This document shows, one piece after another, positions 53,990-64,000 of a stretch of 64,000 nt of DNA. Under the pieces are notes generated by a model. It had not been told where the DNA came from and made no database searches. It worked only from the letters and a program-made list of their open reading frames with translations. Every line of letters begins with the position of its first letter. Position 1 is the first letter of the stretch. The translations under genes and the position numbers were made by a program. Origin of the DNA: Callorhinchus milii (lineage: Eukaryota); NCBI RefSeq assembly GCF_018977255.1, contig NW_024704742.1, positions 65,722,001-65,786,000 on the forward strand, in the 5' to 3' direction.

Positions 53990-54102
53990 GAATGCACAAG
54001 GTAGAAAATGAGCTCCGGTGCAGGATGTGCAGGACTGGATTTTACCAGACTCTGCAGGGGCAGCAGGAATGCAACATCTGTCCTGAGAATTATTATTGCC
54101 CT
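53990..54102 (+). CDS. Cys-rich membrane protein, exon 7
   Basis: (G)MHKVENELRCRMCRTGFYQTLQGQQECNICPENYYCP; gtgagt donor; phase 1-0. Confidence 0.92.
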
Positions 54103-55169
54103 GTGAGTAACTGCGAGTAACTTGTTAGTAACTTGCTAGTAACTGTTGGTAACGGGGTCTTTCACGCAGGCCTTTGTTGGTGTGATTGTGTGAATGGAAT
54201 ACAATTTAACATCTGAAATATTGAACCTGGTTTGTTGTAAAATGTGTGTGTATGTGAGACATTTGATTATATGATGGAAGATCTTTTAGAATACATTAGA
54301 ATATACAGCACAGAAACAGGCCATTCGGCCCTACTGGTCTATGCTGGTGTTTGTGCTCCACATGAGCCTCCTCCTGCCCTTCCTCAATTAAACCTTCAAG
54401 CATAACCTTCTATTCCTTTCTCCCTCATGTACCTATCTACCTTTCCCTTAAATACATCTATGCTATTTGCCTCAACAACTCCTTGTGGTAGGAGTAACTG
54501 CGAGTTCAGGTGTTCCACATTCCCTCAACTCTATGTGTGAAGAAATTTCTTCTAGCTTCCCCTATTTGATCTAATTGTGACTATTTTATATTGAGATTTA
54601 TATATTTTATATTTTAATCCATTTCATTTTTTCTGTTCCTTCTCTGGTGTTTGTGTGACTCTCTTTTTCTCTTTCTCTCACACACACATAAACACAAATG
54701 TCTATTTATTCTGCCTTTCCTCTGTGAGACAAAATGTGTCCTGGTATTTGCCCTAATTTGCTCTTCACAGACTTGACCCCAGGCTCTCTTGTTCTGCGGT
54801 CTTGGCGTATCTGAAAACGCTACTTTGTGGAATACTCTCTAAATCCCATTTATCATGTGTTCTAAACCTCTAAGCCCATCCCTCTGAGACTTTCCTTTTT
54901 GATGCTGAAGAGTTATGGCTTATCTTGTTCCTCACAGCTCACCTCCCAGCACTGAGTATCATGTTTGTTGCCCTTCACTGCGGCCATGTTATGTTGCAGT
55001 GACCACACCTACATGTAGTTCTCTGGGTGTGGTGTTCTGCTTGCACAAGATCCCAAAACAGAGCCATGGTTTAGTATGTCAGACAATCACTTGTTCAGAT
55101 AGAAACTTTGAGTGCTATTCCCCCCACCACCCCACCCCCACTTCTCTATGCTGTGTATACCCTGCTTCT

Positions 55170-55738
55170 CAACAACAACAATTTGCATTTATATAGCACC
55201 CTCTCCGCTGGGTGGTGTCTCGGAGCGCTTAACAATCGCGGAGCCCGAGGCCCAGCCAGGGGAGGGGGGAGGTGACTGTAAGTGTGGTTGAAGAGGAAGG
55301 TCTTCGGGCGCGACCTGAAGATGGGGAAACAGAGGGCGAGGTGAAGGGGTTGAGGGAGGGAGTTTCAAAGTTTCAGGGCTAGTGGCTGAAGGCACGGCCG
55401 CCGATGGTGGAGTGGAGGATTCGGGGGACGCGGAGGAGGCCAGACCCAGAGGAGCGGAGGCAGTGGGTACTGCTGTGGGGAGAGAGGAGGTTAGAGAGAT
55501 AGGGGGCTGCCAAGGAATGGAGGGATTTAAACACTAGAGTGAGGATCTTGAAATCGATCCGCTCTGTGACAGGGAGTCAGTGGAGTTTGGCAAGGCCTGG
55601 GGTAATCGGGGCATGAAGTCTGGTGTGGGTGAGAATGCGAGCGGCAGAGTTTTAAATGAGCTGAATTTTGTGAATAGTGGAGAAGGAGAGACCAACAAGG
55701 AGGGCTTTAGAGTAGTTCAGCTGAGAGATGACAAAGGC
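55170..55738 (-). mobile_element. L2 LINE 3' fragment
   Basis: Reverse complement of L2 ORF2 end and caacaacaa tail. Confidence 0.8.
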
Positions 55739-56707
55739 ATTTGCTTTTGTACTTTCCTTTTGAACCTCAGCATTATAACTTAGTTTAAATCCCACTAAAG
55801 TTGTCACACGTTTGCAATGTCGTAGTGTGAAGTAGGGTTAAGCTGTGCACAGGCTGAAAATATTCATTCTATCAGCCTGCTGCCTTCTCAGTGCAAAGTC
55901 CTGCTCGATGTGTGGAGGGTCATTTACACTAAATCTGAGGGAGTTGTTTTCTCCTGAATCCGAGCAAATGTTGGCAGAAACTATCAGCAGTTGATGTGAC
56001 TAACTTCAGCCCAGTCCGAAGTCACTTTTCTTTACACTTCAAAATAATTTTAGAAAGTTTGGAGGTGGTTTGCTGGGGGGTGGTAGGCGCAGTTTTGTTT
56101 TTTGCTATTCACATAGTGGGCACTAGCCTGCTTCATATCCCCTGCCCTACACCCCATCATTGGCATTCGGGCAGTTAGCCTGTCTGTCAACGCTCTCTGG
56201 AACTCCCATGTCGCTCCAGGTCACTCGCTGGCTCACTCATCTTTTTCAAGGTCCGTCTTCAAGACTCACCTCTTTCACAGCGCTTTGTCACTCCCCCGCC
56301 CCCCCCTCCACTCAAAGTCCCTGCTCCCATCCCCAGGTCAGGCACTAAGCCAGGATTGTTCAATGTCTGTGGAAGTTCATGTTGGCGAATGCTCCCTCTG
56401 TTGAAGTGACCTTCTTGTGATCACTTTGAGTGTAAAGCGATTGCTAGTTCTAACTCCTCGTGGTTTCTCAAGCCTGTCCCATTTGACTTCGGTCACCCTC
56501 CTACCCCCACCCACCCTGCCCTTCACCCCTCCTGATCCCAACCCCCTGCTCTGCTGCAAATGCTCGACTGTCCAGCAACTTGGGACGTCCTCCTAATGTG
56601 AAAAGTGCTGTACAAATGTAAATTGTTGTCGTGGTTTCTGTTAAGGAAGAGCCTCAGAATTGTTTTCTTTAATATGGAAGATTTACTGACTTCTGTCTCC
56701 CCTACAG

Positions 56708-56864
56708 AGTCCAGACATCAATCCTCTCCAGTGTCCGGGTGATGCGTTTTGCCCAGCGGGAAGCACTGCCCCTCAGTTCTGTATGGAGACGTTCTTACGT
56801 AAATCGGGAAGTCAGTGCGTGCTCGCTCCACTCACCATCTTCCTGCTCGTGGTGGCAGCAACCT
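56708..56864 (+). CDS. Cys-rich membrane protein, exon 8 (juxtamembrane and first half of TM)
   Basis: SPDINPLQCPGDAFCPAGSTAPQFCMETFLRKSGSQCVLAPLTIFLLVVAAT; phase 0-1. Confidence 0.9.
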
Positions 56865-58249
56865 GTGAGTAGATGGAATCTTTCTTACTGTTTCCCAGCA
56901 GTTGGGGGCGTGTGGAGAAAGATAACCTTAATGTGGGTTCACCAATGTGGTCTAGACTGACACTCCAATGCAGTGCCTTGGAAGGGAGCACCACATTATC
57001 CGAGGTGCTGTCCTTGGGTGAAAGATTAAACTGAGGTGGACCTTAAAGATAATAATAATAATCCTCACATTTGATATAGCGTCTTATCATGTCACTGAGA
57101 TGTCTCAAAGCGCTTCGCAGAATATATTGTAAAGTGAATTAACTGAATTTTGTGGATGACACATAGTAGCCAACTGCACACAGCAGTGTCCCACAAGCAC
57201 GTCGTGGATTGAGTGACCACATTTTTTGAGGGTAAGAGATTATTATACCAGGAAAGCGATCCACCAATCGACTAACAACCAGGTTCCTACTTACTGCAAG
57301 GTAAACAGAGGCATGTGGAGTAAGGATACCTGCCTAAGGTTTCTCCCCACTCGGAAATTGAACCCTGGTCCTCTCGCTTGTGAGGCGATCCATGGCACGA
57401 CTCAAAGAAAGAGAAGAGAGTGTCCTGGCGAGCAATCCACTTCATTGCTGTATGTCAGACATTTCTGTGTGCAAATGGGCTGCCGCAATTATCTTCAAAA
57501 TGCAAAGTTTTCACCAAATCACTGGATAGGAAACAAAATGGGAATCCGGATGCTTCTTCTTGTTCTTTATTACCTTTCCACTTCTATAGAGTGAATCAGA
57601 AGTCCTCGATTCACTCTAATATATCAGAACTGCTTGAACAGCTAACGTGAGAGACCAGGCCTGAAATCCCTTTGTGATTGTGACCTTGACAGCGTTGTTC
57701 AAACTGATGGTGTGAGATTGTGCAGAATTTAGGAAAATTCTTTGATTTAGTTTGGAAGCCGGTTCAGGACAAACCGCGTCCAAATTGAAACTGAATAAGG
57801 TATTCCCAAATTCCGCAAACGTTACATAGTCACAACATTTTACAGTAAATCCTATGAAAAGATGGCATCCAGACATGAAAGGTCCTACATGAAATGCAAG
57901 GATTGTTATCTGATCTCCGCTCGACTGGCTTCGGCCTCCTGCTTATCCCTTGGGCCCTCTGTCCCAGAATCGGTGGGCACCCTTTCAGCCACTATGTCCC
58001 GAAACTCTGGAACACACTCCATCAATCTCTCCACCTTGCCCCCTTGTTCCTCATTTTCAGGTCGCGTCTGAAGACCTTCCTCTTTGACAGTGCTTACAGT
58101 AATCTCCCCTATCCCCCTGGCTCAGCATCATGCACCGCCACTGTTGAATGCTCTGGGAGGCTACCTTGCCTAAGGAGTGCTACGTAAATGTAAGTTGTTG
58201 TTGTTGCGTGTCCTTTTCCATTCTATTTGATTTATTTTGTTTTCTCCAG

Positions 58250-58413
58250 TTATCTTGCTGATAATAATACTGATTGTTCGCCGGAAGAAGGATGCACGTC
58301 CAATGGACCCAGCGAGGACTCCGCTGCTGAACAAAGAGGAGACTCCGAGCAGAGGGTTTCAGCCCATCTACGGAATAGCCTGGGACAGAGAGCCAGTGTA
58401 CGCAGGCTGGTAA
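58250..58413 (+). CDS. Cys-rich membrane protein, exon 9 (rest of TM and cytoplasmic tail)
   Basis: (F)ILLIIILIVRRKKDARPMDPARTPLLNKEETPSRGFQPIYGIAWDREPVYAGW-TAA; completes the TM and positive-inside RRKK. Confidence 0.88.
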
Positions 58414-58874
58414 CCACGGATCAATCTGTTCCCCTAGGCACAAGAGAGTTTATGGAGGGGTAAAATTTAGGTTGGGCTGTTCACGCTGCTAACACCTGAC
58501 ATGTACACCCTCATAAAAACCACCCACATCATACAGTCCACTGGCTCCCCCACACTCCTCTGGTCCACTGCAGACAATGAACACATATAGTGTTTTTGCC
58601 TCGTTGGTTGGTTTACTTTTGGACCAGGATTGTGCTGTGTTTTTTTTGGGGGGGGGTGTGGAGGGCTGTGGACTGTCCCTGAGCCTTACACTATCGAGCG
58701 TGGCCTGTGATGCTGATCAGTATATTTTATATATATATATATACATATTTGCCATGAGAATACCATTGGTTGATGTGGGCTCCGCCAGGTCAACCAGAGT
58801 ATTGCGCAGCACTGCCACCTAGAGGCTGACACAGAGAAGTGCAAGTCTCTGCCCCTTTCTGGAAACAAAACAGC

Positions 58875-58960
58875 TGCCCGCCCGCCTGCCCGCCCGCCTG
58901 CCTGCCCGCCTGGCTGGCTGCCCGCCTGCCTGCCCGCCTGGCTGGCTGCCTGGCTGGCTG
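58875..58960 (+). repeat. (GCCY)/(GGCT) tetranucleotide microsatellite in the putative 3' UTR
   Basis: Direct tandem 4-mers. Confidence 0.9.
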
Positions 58961-59800
58961 CATAGGGAATGCAACTCATGGATGGAGTCTGTACTGAAAA
59001 ACATTCTATGGTGCCTTTGTCACCAAACTCCCCCATATCTGCACACAACCTACTCGCTAGTTATGATGCAAATATCAAAAGGCAGTATGAAAACTATTCT
59101 ATTTTGCATTCATTTTTTATTACGTTTACAGTTTTTAAGATTTAAAATGACTGTTTCTGTATTGCCAGTTAGGTAACTAAAAAAAGGCACTTAATTAATC
59201 GATTGATTAATTAACTATTGCTTGTATGCACTTAACATAGGCGTACTTTGAAACCAGGTGCGTAGGAAGCAGTTACATTGTTTTTAGTTGTTGAAAGTTG
59301 ACACAAGATGGTTGACCTGAACTCTTGGTTCAAACAGAACCGTGCATAGTAGAAATATTCACTTTGTGGAGCTCTGCTGAGCAGTGTTAAACTAACCGGG
59401 TTAAATGACCAACTTGTGACTGTGCTCCTGGGAGGGAGGGAGGGAGGGAGGGAGGGGGAGAAAGAAGGTAAGTGGGATCTCATTGGAGTTGAGCTGCCTC
59501 TACTATGACAGTGATTGGCTCTGAAATGTCAGTGTCGAGTTAATTCTCTGCGGTGGTCTCAGTAAACAGATTCCTGAGCCAGCCAGTCTGGACTAGCGAA
59601 GGGGGGGGGGAGAAGACTGGGAGGCAGGGATTTTTCCCAATTGCCTCCTGTTATCCTTCACGCCAAAGCCTTAACTGGTAGAGTGGTCCTAGCTGGTCAA
59701 GCAGCAGGAAAGCTTGCCAGACAGAGTTAAACTGATGGAGAACTAAAACTGATTTTAAAATCTTGTATTTTTTTGAATGAATTTGTTCTTTTTTTTAAAA

Positions 59801-59806
59801 AATAAA
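59801..59806 (+). terminator. Candidate polyA signal of the Cys-rich receptor gene
   Basis: AATAAA followed by T/GT-rich sequence; further candidates near 60595-60611. Confidence 0.4.
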
Positions 59807-60014
59807 GACTACTAATGAAATACGCTTTTCATTATATTTTGTAGTCAAACTATGGTGGGTGTACACGAAAGGGGGTGTTTATAATTACATAAGAATTGCT
59901 GGACCAAAGACCAAGGTCCATCCAGTTCACCTTCCACCATCGTGGCAGTCACATGTACTTGTCATGTCCCAAACTATGTGCTGTATCCATTGGGCCAACT
60001 TTGATGTTAATTGA

Positions 60015-60314
60015 TGATAATAATCCTTGCATTTGATATAGCGCTTTTCAAGTCTTCTAGACGTCTCAAAGCACTTTACAGAATATACTGTAAAGTGAAT
60101 TGATTATATATTTGTGGGCAAAAATCGCCAATTGCACACAACAGTGTCCCACAAACATTCGTGGATTGAGTGATCAAATTATTATTTTTTCCTTGAGGGA
60201 TTATTATCAGGCGTGTGGAGTAAAGAAACTTGCCCAGGGTTTCGCCCTGCCGGGAATTTAACCCAGGTCTCTCGCTCGCAAGACAAGTGCTTTAACCACT
60301 GAGCTACAGGACTC
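60015..60314 (-). mobile_element. Full-length tRNA-SINE
   Basis: Reverse-complement head gagctacaggactcc and tail aatccttgcattt. Confidence 0.85.
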
Positions 60315-61394
60315 CTGATGGTAAAAATAGATGGTATAGGTTAATAACTTCTTGAATCAACACCCCCCCCCCCCCATTCTAGATAGTTTATATTTTGAAA
60401 GGTGAAGGATCTGCCTGCAGCTTTTTATTAGCTTGAAAATCTTCAGAACAAGCTCCCTTTCTCCCCCATTTTATAGAAAACAAAGTTACATTAGACCAAA
60501 TAAGGGTCAATGCCTTATCCACTTTTTTTCTCAAATGTTTAAATTTCCTTTGTGCTATAAAGATCAAACACTTCCATCAGTTGTGCTTTGTGAAAATAAA
60601 AGGTAAATAAAATGAACTACTGTATAGATTCTTGTTTTTTTTAAAAAAGGCACAGTCGACATTTGAGAAGAGAGAGCCAGCGTGGTGTCATTTGTTTAAC
60701 TGACTCTAATGATGTGAAGGAACTACTGAATGTTGATCATTAATCAATCGGACTAAAAATGACTTTGAAACCCATAGGTTAATTGTATACTTTCCACTAT
60801 CAAATTCTGTACTGTTTGTGCTCAGTGTCATTGGTCCTTGCTGCTTTAAACAAATAAGATGATTATTTTTCGGTGGTCGGGTCTTTAACCTTTTGCCTCT
60901 CTGCACCCACCCTCTGGAACTCCATCCCAGAGCCCCTCTGTCTCGCCCCCTCCCTTGCCTCCTTCAAGACATGGCTGAAGAACTTCCTCTTTGACTGCAC
61001 CTTCTGTCATCTTCCCACCAGTTGGGGGCATGTGGAGAAAGATAACATTAATGTGGGTTCACCAATATAGTCTCGACTGACACTCCAGTGCAGGTGCCTG
61101 GGAGGGGAGGATTGCATTATCCTAGGTGCTGTTCTTGGGGAAAGATTAAACCGAGGTGGATCTGAAAGATAATAACAATCCTTACATTTGATATAACATC
61201 TTATGTTCAATGAGATGTCTCAGAGGCTTCGCAGGATATATTGTAAAGTGAATTAATTGTATTTTGTGGGTGAAACGTGGCAGCCAATTGCACACACCAC
61301 CCTTTGCTCTCCACCGCTCTCGAGATGCAAACTCTTGAATGTCCAACGCCTTCAGACATTGTGTATGTGTGTGTATATATATATATATATATTA

Positions 61395-62104
61395 TGGAGT
61401 TCTGTAGCTCAGTGATTAGAGCACTCGCCTCGCAAGCAAGCGACCTGGTTTGATTCCCGGTAGGGCGAAATGTTGGGCAAGATTCCTTACTCCACACGTC
61501 TCTGTTTACCTAGCAGTAAGTAGGGACCCAGTTGTTAGTCGATTGGCGGATTGCTTTTCCGGGGATAATAATTCCTTCAAAAACATAATAATAATGAATT
61601 GGTCACTTCAATCCACAACTGTTTGTGGGACACTGCTCTGTACAATTGGTTGCCATGTTTCGCCCTCAAAATATAGTCAATTCACTTTACAGTATAGTCT
61701 GTGAAGCACTTTGCGACGTCTCGAAGACGTGATAAGGCGTTATATCAAATGCAAGGATTATTATTATTCTATACACAGGGTGACCAAAAATAATAATAAT
61801 AATATAATAATCCTTGCATTTGATATAGCGCTTTTCATGTCGGGAGGACGTCCCAAAGTGCTTCACAAAACACACTGTAAAGTGAATTGACTGTATATTT
61901 GTGGGCGAACGCGGCAGCCAATTGCTCACAGCAATGTCCCACAAACAATCGTAGATTGAAAATGACCAATGTTATTATTATTTTTGTTTTTGGAGGAATT
62001 ATTATTAAGCGTGTGGAGTAAGGAAACTTGCCCAAGGTTTCGCGCTGCCTGGAATTGAACTCAGGTCTCTTACTTGCAAAGCGAGTACTGAGCTACAGGA
62101 CTCC
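61395..62104. mobile_element. Tail-to-tail pair of full-length tRNA-SINEs (+ 61395-61768, - about 61790-62104)
   Basis: Both carry tRNA head, core and att tail in opposite orientation. Confidence 0.85.
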
Positions 62105-64000
62105 ACAAAAAATAAATCTTAAAAGAAATGATGATATTCATTTTTTAGATAATAGGGCAGCTAACATGACTTTTTGGTCATCCTGTATTTGCTGCAATGC
62201 AAATAAATTGGCTGAATTAAAGAGACCCAGATTCCTTTGCCAAAATTATCTGGAGATGCTTGAAATAATCTTGTGTGCCTAATACTAAAAGTTGAGAAAT
62301 CCACTTTGCAGTAGAATCCTGGGAAGCGCAGTGAGATGTCTGGATGTGATAAATCACTATACCAAATGCAAGGATTATTATTATCATTATTATTATTTAT
62401 TATTCTAACCCGGGCAGGGAATGTGCTGGTGGAGTCACCTGCGGTATTGCCGGGCGGCACTTGGTCTATTGGTTTGGGACGATTTTCCAAGAAACCTTGG
62501 CAATGCCAGCAGTCTGGAAGCTCTTGCTGTGTGACATGTCATCTGCCAGTTTTGCAGCAGGAGGCAGTGGAGCCTGCAGACAGAACGGGAAAGACCCAGC
62601 CCCGGGGGAAGGCGCCTCTGCTCTGGAGGGAAGTGGGCGGTGCTGCTTTATTGCAAAAAAAAAGGGAATCTCGCGTTTTAATCACTGTTAAAAGCTGGAA
62701 AGTGTGACTGAAGCTGCTGTTGTAATCAAGAGCCGGGGCACCCGAACAGATACTGTTACCATTGCCCACGACCCTGCACTGAGGCGGGGAGCTAGCAATA
62801 TGATAGTTACTGTTAAACTGGCTCCTGTTCTGTAGTGATAACAAGAGGTGATGTGGGGATGGGGACATCTAGCAATCTGGGGTGAGGAGAACCAGGAGAA
62901 TGCGATGCACTATCACACTATTACAAAATACACTATTATTATAGTCTCTCAATAGTCTTCAAATCAGTCCAAATCATTATCTCTTTACCTTCCTAACCCA
63001 CCCTTCCCCCCTCATGAATGAATGGATGAGCAGCAGGAATACCTGGATGACCGTATATTTTGGAAAGTGGGTGATCAAGGCTGGAAGCCAAGTGATGGGC
63101 AGTTTTGCTGGTCACCACAGACTAGATTCACTGCACCAGGACACACACTGGGCATCTGGAAATAGGGATTTATTGGGTGCTGCTGTTCTGTCTGCAGAAG
63201 CTGCCAAACACAAACACACAGGAACCTTTTTGCATCGACTGTAAGGTTATTTTTATTGTATTATTCCTTATTGCCTTAAAACACAGTCCCTTTAATCATG
63301 AGCGTAGTGGAACACTTAAAATTGCCACGACTAATGGCTTATAATCATAGGTACGTTTGCGATGTTGCAAAACTGACCAATCTGCCCAGTGTTTGTCTTT
63401 TTCTACTTTTAACATTTTTTTTTGTGTGAGTGGGTCCGTCTCACATACCCCTTTGGGGATGGTTCATTTTGCATTGTGGCCCAGGTATGCACCACAATAT
63501 CAATCTTATTATCTACCTCCTTCATAACTCATAAAGGGGAATCACCAAATACACTTGTACTAAAGTATCTCAATATTTTTTCATCCAATTCATTGTTTAT
63601 CTTCCTAACTCTTCCCCGCCACCCACACACACTCAAGTTTACAGATTCTTCCTCACTTCTTCAATCTGTCTCTGAAGCACTGTCAATTGATGGGGATGCA
63701 CTAAATGTAGGCTCACCCAGTAGGGTGGGGACCGTCCATTTTACATGTGGGGTGAGTAATGGATACAAAGTTAAATTAACCTTTTTAGAACATCTAATAA
63801 AAAATAATTTCCATGGGTATGGGGAAAAGTACATATTGTATATGGACAGATTGTTCTTTCAAAGTACCAGCTTGGACAAGGTGGGCTGAATGGTCTCCAT
63901 CTGTTCTGCAATTTTCTATATCTGCATCCAGTGAAATGCCCTTGATATACATTCCAATGGCTGAGTACTGGGGCTGGTGACTGGATTATTTTAGTTGTCA

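Noticed and set aside
57580..57650. Alternative acceptor ctatag as last exon of the receptor gene
   Set aside because: A phase-1 join creates an immediate TAG and truncates the TM; 58250 gives a complete TM and tail
62400..62870. GC-richer stretch with ORFs on both strands
   Set aside because: No recognisable protein or exon boundaries; a promoter role cannot be supported from sequence alone

Overview
Eukaryotic vertebrate genomic DNA. The L2/CR1 tails, tRNA-derived SINEs and Deu-domain SINEs suggest a cartilaginous fish (inference). Three gene units were reconstructed by hand from splice sites. (1) The 3' half of NELFA on + (exons 404-7461) converges on (2) the last two coding exons of INO80B on - (10747-13180). 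This block is near-identically duplicated (1-12421 vs 18110-30573). Copy B starts near 15800 in an upstream NELFA intron, carries two frameshifts, and both junctions sit on L2 3'-tail sequence. No INO80B 5' exons were recognised in the window, so this is either a young rearranged segmental duplication or an assembly artefact. (3) A complete 9-exon gene on + (33101-58413), not captured by the ORF track, encodes a 361-aa type I membrane protein that I cannot assign to a named gene. It has a signal peptide, a Ser/Thr stalk, tandem Cys-rich ephrin-receptor-like/TNFR-like repeats, a TM helix, and a short tail ending in tandem EPIYA-like tyrosine motifs. NELFA introns contain CpG-rich fold-back elements with H/ACA sno/scaRNA-like geometry, one with an unusually long 3' hairpin and a pocket complementary to U2 snRNA. 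The rest is repeat-rich intronic or intergenic DNA.
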